A DNA stretch of 64,000 nt from a virus: the IMG/VR virus record IMGVR_UViG_3300042691_032761. One strand, written 5' to 3'. Below the pieces are notes generated by a model. It was given only the letters and a program-made list of their open reading frames with translations, was not told the DNA's origin and searched no databases. The position numbers and the translations under genes were made by a program. Positions 56,086-64,000 of the stretch are shown here, in pieces. The first letter of the stretch is position 1. Each line of letters opens with the position of its first letter.

Positions 56086-57962
56086 TAGTTTTCTCCTTTT
56101 TGTAAGAGTTCTTGAATAGTCATTATTTTATCTAACATTGCAATACCTAGAATATCAAATTTAATAATACCTATGCTCTCTAAGTCTTGCATTTCCATAC
56201 CCGCTATGGTTTGATCGTTCCTATTATCATAGACCATTGGACACATTTCGCCAAGAGGTTTGGAACTAATAGCAACACCAGCAGCGTGTTTTGATTGGTT
56301 AGTTTTTGTGCCCTCTAGTCTAATTGCCTGTTCAAATCTTTTTGACAATGGACCTATTAATTCTCCTTTATCATCTATTGAGCACCATGGCGATAAATCG
56401 TCTTGATTATTCTCTAATGCCCATCGTATAATAGATGCTTCTCCGGTTTCCTCTTTCATTTCTTGTAGTTCATCTGCAATTTTAGCTTCATCCGGAATGA
56501 ACTTAGTTATATTGTTCATTTCATCAAATGTTATATTTCCATATACTCTTAACACATCTTTTAGTGCTCCCCTTCCTTTCATTGTATTAAAAGTAATCAT
56601 TTGAGAAACCTTGTCTTCCCCATATTTTTGTTTTATATATGAGATAATATCTTCTCTTTTATTGATAGGCACATCTATATCTATATCTGGCATACTAATA
56701 CGATCCTTAGTATTTCTTCCAGCATTATAGAATCTGTCAAAGATCAAATTATATCTAATTGGATCTATTGCTGTTATTCCAACCAAATACGAAACCAGAC
56801 ATCCAGCAGCACTGCCTCGTCCCGGTCCGGGTAGCCACTTATTATTCCTTACATAATTAACAATATCTTGTACTATTAGAAAGTAACTGCTAAGACCAGC
56901 CCCCTGTAAAACATCAAGTTCGTATTTGATCCTATCAACATACTGTGTTTGTTGCTCTATAGGAACTATGTCTTTGATTTTATCTCTCCAGCCATTACGG
57001 CAAAGTTGTCTCAAATATTCTGCTTGATCAAAAGAATCTGGACAATCGAATTCTGGAAGATTCGGCTTCTGATTAATCTCAAAATTCTCACATAAACTAT
57101 CAACAAATTGAGTATTTTCAATTTCTTCCTCTGTGTGCAAATTATTTATTTCTTCATTACTAAGTATATGGTAATTATCAGAGATAAAAAATGTGTCCAT
57201 TCCAAAATTTTCTTTATTCAATATTTTAGAATTGACATCAATAAATGTGGTCTTTAAATTATTACACAGTAATACTCTTTGATCTATAGCATCTTCTCTT
57301 TCACAATAATGAGCATCTGGAGTTGCTATGACCTTTATCTTTTTTTGTTTGGCAATTTTTCTAATACAATCAGTTACATCTTTTTGAATAGGATTATGTT
57401 CCTGATCCATTAATTGGGCTTCTAAGAAAAAATTATCTTTACCAAAAATATTTTGGAGTTTATCAATAATTGGTATAGCATTATTTTCCCAATCGTTATT
57501 TATAGTATCGTTGGTCATAATTTTATTGGCCACAACCGATCCTAAGTGGCCAGCAAATCCTATTATATTTCCATCTAGTAGTTTGCCAAGCCTATCCAAA
57601 TCCAATCTTGGCTTATAATAAAATAAGTCAGATCTATTTGATTCCGATATTATCTTAATCATCGTCTGCCATCCGGTATAATTTTTGGCTAAAATTACCA
57701 AATGACTTAGATCTCTATTAGACGAGTCTTTTATTGATGCATCATTATTAGAGATATATAATTCGCAACCTAAAATGGGTTTAATGCCAGCAGACTTCAT
57801 TGTCGAATGAAACTTAACCGTGCCAGAGATATTACCATGGTCTGTTAAAGCGCACGAAGATACTCCTATTTTATTGCATCTCTCTGCTATTTGTTGAGGT
57901 TTGCTTAATCCATCTAGCAAAGAATAATGACTGTGAACATGCAATGGAATATATTTTTTCAT
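56085..57962 (-). CDS. dnaE: DNA polymerase III alpha, N-terminal part (PHP + palm/thumb)
   Basis: LHVHSHYSLLDG, LTDHGN, KPILGCE, DAHY, GPGRGSAAGCLVSY, MPDIDID, SKHAAGV, IIKFDILG. Confidence 0.95.
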   Translation of the reverse strand: MKKYIPLHVHSHYSLLDGLSKPQQIAERCNKIGVSSCALTDHGNISGTVKFHSTMKSAGIKPILGCELYISNNDASIKDSSNRDLSHLVILAKNYTGWQTMIKIISESNRSDLFYYKPRLDLDRLGKLLDGNIIGFAGHLGSVVANKIMTNDTINNDWENNAIPIIDKLQNIFGKDNFFLEAQLMDQEHNPIQKDVTDCIRKIAKQKKIKVIATPDAHYCEREDAIDQRVLLCNNLKTTFIDVNSKILNKENFGMDTFFISDNYHILSNEEINNLHTEEEIENTQFVDSLCENFEINQKPNLPEFDCPDSFDQAEYLRQLCRNGWRDKIKDIVPIEQQTQYVDRIKYELDVLQGAGLSSYFLIVQDIVNYVRNNKWLPGPGRGSAAGCLVSYLVGITAIDPIRYNLIFDRFYNAGRNTKDRISMPDIDIDVPINKREDIISYIKQKYGEDKVSQMITFNTMKGRGALKDVLRVYGNITFDEMNNITKFIPDEAKIADELQEMKEETGEASIIRWALENNQDDLSPWCSIDDKGELIGPLSKRFEQAIRLEGTKTNQSKHAAGVAISSKPLGEMCPMVYDNRNDQTIAGMEMQDLESIGIIKFDILGIAMLDKIMTIQELLQKGEN

Positions 57963-58996
57963 TGACCAGGAGCCTCATAATGACCAAAAGTATGGTTCTT
58001 GTGCTTGTAATTCTTTGTTACTTCGTCTATCCCTAACAGTTCTATATCATGTTTAATTTGTTCGCATTTAGTCATTGTTGATCCTTTGGAACAAACTTGA
58101 TTATTTCGATATTCTATCGTGGGCAAAATATTAGTGTCTTCAAAAGTGGTTTTACCAAAATGACATAATTTGCTACACATCCATGTTTTTTTAAGTCTTG
58201 GCTTCTTGGTTTTCTTAATAATTTCAAATTTTTGCATTAACATTTGTTCTGTTTCTATAAGATCTTTGTCATCGAAAGACATAGAAAAGACACCCCCATC
58301 ATTTATGAAATTTATAGATACCATAAAATGTGCAATCTCAGGATACAAATGCCTTATTGCATAATGGTATATTCTTAATTGAGGATCTTTTTCCAATTTT
58401 TCTTGAGTTTTTTCTTGTCCAGTAGCCCAATCTAATCTTTTTCCAGTTTTCCAGTCTACAATCTCATAGAGATCATCGTTTACTTTTGTGATTAAATCTA
58501 TTGTTCCTTTTAGTCCAAGATATCCTTCTAGTAAACCGTCTTCTGTTTTATAAGAATATTTGGCCCAAGGTTTTTCGATAATAAAATCAAAATGTTGCTC
58601 TGGTTGAACTATGAATCTATTTCTAGGATCAAACATTCCTTTGTTGTAGTTCAAAGTTTTGTAGACCCAATTGTAACACTCCGAAAAGTCTTTGTCAACC
58701 CATTGGTGATGAGAATTGGCATTGGAATAGTGAGTATAAACCACTTTAATGATTTCGTCTAAATTATAATTAGATACATTTATTTTACCAACTATATCAT
58801 CATCAATAAATAATAATTTATCTTGTTCGGCTTTTTTAATAACCGCCAATACTTCTAATACTTTGTGGACTATGGTTCCTTTGTCTGCTTTTTTGTTAGA
58901 CGGTCCTCTCCATCCTAAAACGTATTCTAAAAAATATTGTTGCTCACACATGCTGTGTGCATTATACGAGGAACTACGGAAATATGTTATAATCAT
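57959..58996 (-). CDS. PD-(D/E)xK exonuclease, Cas4/AddB-like
   Basis: SSY...C, GTIVHKVLE, GTIDLI...IVDWKTG, QLRIY, and C-terminal CSKLC...C cysteines. Confidence 0.85.
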   Translation of the reverse strand: MIITYFRSSSYNAHSMCEQQYFLEYVLGWRGPSNKKADKGTIVHKVLEVLAVIKKAEQDKLLFIDDDIVGKINVSNYNLDEIIKVVYTHYSNANSHHQWVDKDFSECYNWVYKTLNYNKGMFDPRNRFIVQPEQHFDFIIEKPWAKYSYKTEDGLLEGYLGLKGTIDLITKVNDDLYEIVDWKTGKRLDWATGQEKTQEKLEKDPQLRIYHYAIRHLYPEIAHFMVSINFINDGGVFSMSFDDKDLIETEQMLMQKFEIIKKTKKPRLKKTWMCSKLCHFGKTTFEDTNILPTIEYRNNQVCSKGSTMTKCEQIKHDIELLGIDEVTKNYKHKNHTFGHYEAPGQ

Positions 58997-59739
58997 TATT
59001 TTGCTGTTTCTTTTATTAGGATATCATATACCATGCCACATTGTTCTTCTATGTCTATATTTTGATTATCAATGACATAATTAAAATTTGACCAGTCGTA
59101 TACATTAGGGTCCAGAGCCGTCTCTGATTTATGTTCTTCTATATTATTTTCATTGGATAATTTTCTTGTTAATCTAATAACAACTCCATTATTATTTTTT
59201 ATGGCATCAACCTCATTAGGAAAACGACAATCTGTAACAAGAGCTATATTTGGTTTGTCTTTCATTATTTTTCTGATTAAAGACTCTGGCCATATATTTG
59301 GTTTTATTGTCCTAAAAAAGTCTGTTCCAATCAATTGCATCATGTCTCTTCCAGACAATGGTTTATTATCATAACTCATATCTGTTAATTGATTTTTTTG
59401 ATCATCTGTTCCATAGCATTGCTCATAACTTAAACCAAACATATCTATACAAATATCTTGTTTGAGAGGATCAGCAAAACTATAAATCTTAATATGAGAA
59501 CTCAATTGCTGAATAACATCAAATATTTCTTGATCAATATATCCAATGTTATTATAGTATTTTACAATATCTACATCTATATATTCTTGATTTGTTTTTT
59601 TTATTCTTATGGTGCCATTATCCGTTAGCATAACTTCTGGAAAGATTTCTTTTCCTGCTAAGCCTATACAATATAAAAAATTTGCACATGTTGTTTTACC
59701 AGACTGTTTTTTCCCAGAAAAGCCTAAAATCAAAGTCAT
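58996..59739 (-). CDS. Deoxynucleoside monophosphate kinase (T4 gp1-like)
   Basis: GKKQSGKTT P-loop, SFADPLK, RDMMQLIGTD, TDCRFPNE, HKSETALD. Confidence 0.88.
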   Translation of the reverse strand: MTLILGFSGKKQSGKTTCANFLYCIGLAGKEIFPEVMLTDNGTIRIKKTNQEYIDVDIVKYYNNIGYIDQEIFDVIQQLSSHIKIYSFADPLKQDICIDMFGLSYEQCYGTDDQKNQLTDMSYDNKPLSGRDMMQLIGTDFFRTIKPNIWPESLIRKIMKDKPNIALVTDCRFPNEVDAIKNNNGVVIRLTRKLSNENNIEEHKSETALDPNVYDWSNFNYVIDNQNIDIEEQCGMVYDILIKETAK

Positions 59740-60848
59740 AATATAATCCTTGGTGATATAATTTTTTTAATCTCTTCGACGGTCATCTCCGCAACGTCGT
59801 TTGTTTGAATCTGTATGTGATCTATGTTATATATTTTAGCACATTTTTTTTGAATTTGTTCTCTGGCTTTTATCCCAGCATCATCATTGTCCATAATTGT
59901 GATTATCTTCATTGCTCCTGAAATGTCCAAAAGCATCTTTTGTTTATCATTAAGGTTTGCACCAAAAATAGCAACTCCATTATGTATTCCGGCCTCTTCT
60001 AATCTCCAGACATTGCCCGGACTTTCTACGACAACAACCACTTTTGATTGCTTTATATGATCTTTGGCGTACCAAAAATTATACAAACACTCTTCTGCTC
60101 TAAATCCTTCGCTATGTTTCCATTTTGGTTTTATATTGTCAACAATTGATCTTCCTGTGCATCCAACCATATACTCGTGGTTGGCGTCATAAATAGGAGC
60201 CACAGCACGGTTATACATCTCCTTGCCGTCTGTGATGCAGTCTCCAACGTCATATTTAATCAGTACCTCTGCCGAGAAGCCGCGATTTAAAAAATAAGGA
60301 CTTGGTATCTTTAAGGCTCTTTGAATATGTTCCCTTTTGACCGTATTAGATACTTTATTTTGTTTTTGGGTTAATATATTAGTATTAGAAACAAATGATT
60401 GTTTGTCTTTTTCAACTCTAGAAACAGATATTTTAGTTGGATCTATTTTGGAAAATTCTTTAATGAAATCTAATGTTTGACCAAAAGATACAGTATCGTC
60501 TCCACTCTCTAGCCAATTCATCTCTTTATGAGATAATAAACCACGAATAAAGCCAATAATAGAACCCTTAAATATTTTTTCGCACTGATGAGTTCTACAT
60601 TTCCAATTTCCTCTATATGAATCACCAATATGATATATATTTAATGCGGATGGATTGTCTCCTCCGTGTATGGGACAACACATACTATAAAATTTGCCAT
60701 TATTTTTGTAGTCTAAATTAAAATAATCAAATAGATCTTCTATGTTATCACAAAGTTGATCACAGACTATCTTTAGTTTATTTTGATCAATCGAATGGTA
60801 TGCTGTCTTGTTCTTCGACTGTAAATCCATTGTCTGTGTCTGTTCCAT
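59736..60848 (-). CDS. dnaG: DNA primase (zinc-binding + TOPRIM)
   Basis: CPIHGGDN...WKCRTHQC zinc domain; YFLNRG; VGCTGR; VVVESPGN and MDNDDAG TOPRIM motifs. The true start may be a few codons downstream. Confidence 0.88.
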   Translation of the reverse strand: MEQTQTMDLQSKNKTAYHSIDQNKLKIVCDQLCDNIEDLFDYFNLDYKNNGKFYSMCCPIHGGDNPSALNIYHIGDSYRGNWKCRTHQCEKIFKGSIIGFIRGLLSHKEMNWLESGDDTVSFGQTLDFIKEFSKIDPTKISVSRVEKDKQSFVSNTNILTQKQNKVSNTVKREHIQRALKIPSPYFLNRGFSAEVLIKYDVGDCITDGKEMYNRAVAPIYDANHEYMVGCTGRSIVDNIKPKWKHSEGFRAEECLYNFWYAKDHIKQSKVVVVVESPGNVWRLEEAGIHNGVAIFGANLNDKQKMLLDISGAMKIITIMDNDDAGIKAREQIQKKCAKIYNIDHIQIQTNDVAEMTVEEIKKIISPRIIL

Positions 60849-62232
60849 TTAAAATTTCCAATCTTGTTTTACCTTCTGTTATTTTTGCACACCAACCCTT
60901 CATATGGCAGTTTATGTAGTCATTATCATCTAACCCTGAGCCATGTCGGCTTATTAGGGGTAAAAGTTTTCGGTTTCCATTAGTGGGACCGTCTTCTGCC
61001 ATTTCTTCATCGCTTTTTCTTTTGAATATACTAAAATTGCTGCATAGCCAAATAATTCTATCGGATCCAGATGCTGTGTCCGTACTTTCTTTGGTTATAC
61101 CATCTCTGTTCAATTGTACAAAAGCCATAATAGGAATCTGATATTTGACAGCAAAGTTATGGAGTGTTGTCATCATAAATCCTAAGACCTGATACTCTTT
61201 CATATCCTGAGATATTCCAGCACTATCCATGAGTTTTAGATAGTCATAAAATATAACACACTGTTTTGCTGTTCCATCACTATTTAATCCAACATGTTTC
61301 ATAATCCATCTTCTCATGATAGATAATTGTTCTTCAAAAGATTTGCCAGCAATACTTTTATGATAAAGTGGTATCTTCTCTAATTCTTTTGCTGCTAATT
61401 CTATTTTATTTGATAAAGATGGTACTTCGGCAAATTTTCCTGTTTCAATCTTATTGATCTCGATTTCTGTTATCATTGCCAGAATACGATGAATGTGATC
61501 ATTTTTTGTCATTTCGGTATCCATGTTTAATACTGGAATACCCATTTTTGCTATATTATATCCCATATTATCAGACAATAGCGTTTTTCCGGTCTTTGGT
61601 CTTGCGGCGATCACATTAATTGTGCTTTTCCTTAAGCCTCCACCTATAGCAAAATCATAAGCAGGAAATCCCGTGGATATGCCAACTTGATCTATGGGAT
61701 TATTTTTAAGATGATCTAAATAATCACTTAGTCCTTGTGATATCTGCACAGGGTTATTATCTGCATCGTCTAGAGTTGAACTAAAATTCAGAATAGGATC
61801 TTCTGCTATGCTGAGAATATGTGTTATAGATTCTGAACCATTTATTTGGTTAACTTTTTGTTGAATATCTTTTAATTGACTTTGCAATTTTCTTGCAATT
61901 TGTAGCTTTTTTAATTTGACACAAAATTGCATCAAATTCGAATAATCGGCAGGAAATTCTAGTATAGCTTTTAGATGCTGAGTCTCCTCTTTCTTTTGCA
62001 AAATAGAGTCGAAGCCCAGGTCTTTTGCTGTAGAATATATTGAAGCTATATCTATAGCTTTTTGTCCATTGTCTGTAAAAATTTTCTTAATACACTTAAA
62101 TATCAGAATATTACTATCTATTGTGAAAGAATGCTCGTCCACAATATCTGCAACTTCGATATATGATTGTTCTCCTGTTTTGCACAATATTGCCAAAACA
62201 GCTCTTTCAATAGCAGGGTCTGATAATGTCAT
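60787..62232 (-). CDS. dnaB: Replicative DNA helicase
   Basis: IERAVLA, GISTGF, AARPKTGKT (Walker A), DTEM, FYDYLKLM, VQLNR, SGSDRI. Confidence 0.93.
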   Translation of the reverse strand: MTLSDPAIERAVLAILCKTGEQSYIEVADIVDEHSFTIDSNILIFKCIKKIFTDNGQKAIDIASIYSTAKDLGFDSILQKKEETQHLKAILEFPADYSNLMQFCVKLKKLQIARKLQSQLKDIQQKVNQINGSESITHILSIAEDPILNFSSTLDDADNNPVQISQGLSDYLDHLKNNPIDQVGISTGFPAYDFAIGGGLRKSTINVIAARPKTGKTLLSDNMGYNIAKMGIPVLNMDTEMTKNDHIHRILAMITEIEINKIETGKFAEVPSLSNKIELAAKELEKIPLYHKSIAGKSFEEQLSIMRRWIMKHVGLNSDGTAKQCVIFYDYLKLMDSAGISQDMKEYQVLGFMMTTLHNFAVKYQIPIMAFVQLNRDGITKESTDTASGSDRIIWLCSNFSIFKRKSDEEMAEDGPTNGNRKLLPLISRHGSGLDDNDYINCHMKGWCAKITEGKTRLEILNGTDTDNGFTVEEQDSIPFD

Positions 62233-62235
62233 AAT

Positions 62236-62625
62236 TTATCCAGCGGATATGGAGCACTTGTTACATTTATATCGGTCTTGTTCTATGAGAAGTCCAGGAT
62301 TTATTTTCTCTTTTCTTCCACAACATCTGCATTGTACCGTGATACTTTCAAAATGTCTATTCCTCTCTGTGGGGGGATACCTATTTAATTTTTGATCAAT
62401 AATGGTATCCTCTTTATGAGAATCTTTTTCTCTCATAGTATCAAAAAAATTGATGCCATCAGACTTTGCTTTGCTTTTGTTGGTCTTGATAGCGCTCGAT
62501 TGTTTGGGTTTGCTTTTTCTTTTTTGAGTAACCTTATTTGAAGTTGCTTCTTCGTTTGGTAAAAGTTTAGATAGTATATTGATGATATCTTTTATTTGAT
62601 CTGGTTTTAAGTCATTGAGATCCAT
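62236..62625 (-). CDS. Hypothetical protein with C-terminal zinc ribbon
   Basis: CRCCG...CNKC motifs. Confidence 0.65.
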   Translation of the reverse strand: MDLNDLKPDQIKDIINILSKLLPNEEATSNKVTQKRKSKPKQSSAIKTNKSKAKSDGINFFDTMREKDSHKEDTIIDQKLNRYPPTERNRHFESITVQCRCCGRKEKINPGLLIEQDRYKCNKCSISAG

Positions 62626-63106
62626 TTTTCACCTTATTCCTTTGAATGGCTAAGATAATATCTGATAAATTTTTGATACTATTTGCTATATATGATAGTC
62701 TGTCTGATCTTTGTTTGGCATATTTTTTTATATTATTCAATGAGGATGCTTTATCATTATGTTTTATAGCTTGTAATGATTTTTCAACAAAACCATAGCC
62801 TTTGTAATTATTAATTTCATCCGCAATTGTTTCTTTTATCGCTTCATCTGCCCAGTTGTATCTTGCTATTTCTCTATTAATTGTTCTTTGAATATGAAAA
62901 GTAAATTGTCCCAAACGATAAGCAATCTGACCACAATCTTCCGGGGTCAAAGTCTCTAGAACTTTTCTATCCATAGTCAAATAAGAATTCAATTCTGTTT
63001 CTGGCAATTGTTCAACATTTGAAGCATATCTACTTAGTCCTATGCCCTGTTCATATTCATCAAGAATATTATCCCAGTGTTGTAGTTCTTCTTTAGCAGT
63101 TTTCAT
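62612..63106 (-). CDS. Hypothetical helical protein (possible recombination mediator)
   Basis: GGGAG RBS favours ATG 63106; coiled-coil character; lies between recA and dnaB. Confidence 0.55.
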   Translation of the reverse strand: MKTAKEELQHWDNILDEYEQGIGLSRYASNVEQLPETELNSYLTMDRKVLETLTPEDCGQIAYRLGQFTFHIQRTINREIARYNWADEAIKETIADEINNYKGYGFVEKSLQAIKHNDKASSLNNIKKYAKQRSDRLSYIANSIKNLSDIILAIQRNKVKNGSQ

Positions 63107-63503
63107 GATTAATAATCGACTCCCATTCATGTACTTTATTATATGGTAATTCGCAATATTCGATATTGTTAAGATAACACCATTCTTTTTTATCTCTATC
63201 TCTTTTTTGAGCTTTTACGAAAGATAATACATTGTTATGATAAAATGGAATAAACTTATAATGCTGTTCACCATGGACCTCTATGCATTTTTTAAGCAAA
63301 GGGATATAAAAATCCATATACATAACTTCATTTTTACGAGCATATATAGTAATTTCTTCAAGAATTTGCATAGTTGGGTAAAGCCTTTTAATCAAATTTC
63401 TTGCTTCTAAATGTAATGCGGATTTATTTACCGCAGAACCCTTAGATATTCCACCTTTTAAATTTAATGTTGAAACCGATCCGTCTAATCCTTTGACTAG
63501 CAT
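63093..63503 (-). CDS. Vsr/DUF559-like endonuclease
   Basis: SALH...LEE...MDFYIP...CIEVHGEQHY...QKRDRDKKEWC. Confidence 0.75.
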   Translation of the reverse strand: MLVKGLDGSVSTLNLKGGISKGSAVNKSALHLEARNLIKRLYPTMQILEEITIYARKNEVMYMDFYIPLLKKCIEVHGEQHYKFIPFYHNNVLSFVKAQKRDRDKKEWCYLNNIEYCELPYNKVHEWESIINHENC

Positions 63504-63504
63504 A

Positions 63505-63999
63505 TTAAAACTTTGTTCCTAGCATTTGTTTAACTTGCTTATAAAGCTCAGTATATGCTTCGTCATTTTCTAATAGAAAGTTTCTAATCTTTTCTGTTCC
63601 TTGAAACTTATTTTTTTCATCTTTTAAAAATGATAGAGTGTACCATGCCCCAGCCTTATTAATGAGACCAATATCTGTAGCCAAAGTAATAAGTTCCATA
63701 TATCTATCAATACCTTGGCCATATCTAAGATAAGAAGTTATGATTCCTCCGGGCGGACTTAAAGCAGAGCATATAACTTGCCACTCAACTTCTTGACCAA
63801 TTTGAGTATTGTCTGTTCCTAACAACCATGGTTTAAAAGTTTTTGCTCTTAGTTTTATATCTGTTTGATAAGCAATAGCCTGACCACTCTTCTCTTTAAA
63901 TTCTGCACCATATCCTGTGGGATTACCCATTAAGTGAGTAATTCCTATAACAACATTTTTATTTACTGGAATTACATTAGCAACCTTTCGACAAAATTT
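63505..63999 (-). CDS. recA: RecA-like recombinase, C-terminal part (runs off window)
   Basis: Frame open to the window edge (KFCRKVANVIPVNKNVVIGITHLMGN...); SGQAIAYQTDIKL, YGQGID, GLINKAGAWY, KFQGTEKIRNFL. Confidence 0.88.
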   Translation of the reverse strand, partial: KFCRKVANVIPVNKNVVIGITHLMGNPTGYGAEFKEKSGQAIAYQTDIKLRAKTFKPWLLGTDNTQIGQEVEWQVICSALSPPGGIITSYLRYGQGIDRYMELITLATDIGLINKAGAWYTLSFLKDEKNKFQGTEKIRNFLLENDEAYTELYKQVKQMLGTKF

Positions 64000-64000
64000 T

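Noticed and set aside
57959-58996. CRISPR-Cas locus
   Set aside because: There is no repeat-spacer array or other cas gene; the nuclease sits in a replication operon.
1-64000. tRNA, rRNA or prophage integration features
   Set aside because: Intergenic spaces are too short and show no cloverleaf. No integrase, att-like repeat or flanking host genes are visible.

Overview
This window is part of a large, AT-rich tailed dsDNA phage genome (Caudoviricetes) using the standard genetic code; all three stop codons end genes. It has two convergent blocks that meet with no gap at 43806/43807. The + strand (1-43806) is a virion morphogenesis block: tail fibres, a Gly-rich protein, neck/head-tail genes, a major tail protein, tail chaperone-like genes, a 3593-aa tape measure protein (TMP), tail-tip proteins and very large Cys-rich proteins. 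No tail sheath gene is visible, so it may be sipho-like. The - strand (43807-64000) is a replication/recombination block: RecA, DnaB, primase, dNMP kinase, a Cas4/AddB-like nuclease, a DnaE polymerase split into two genes around a DEDDh exonuclease, and SSB. It continues into a sugar-modification cluster (two GT4 enzymes plus several degenerate enzyme-like ORFs), a NUMOD3/DUF559-like endonuclease, an annealing-protein candidate and a membrane-anchored YfaP/DUF2135-like protein. The most striking item is the TMP. It looks like a polyvalent, cassette-built protein: six copies of a PAML(T/S/E)xGEFV module and about 17 xxxGG motifs delimit unrelated domains, including a PD-(D/E)xK nuclease-like domain and an HExxH metallopeptidase-like domain. 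This suggests an effector-delivery polyprotein injected with the genome. No tRNA, rRNA, CRISPR array, integrase or reverse transcriptase was seen. A Planctomycetota host is only an inference. All family calls come from motifs read by eye, not from database searches.
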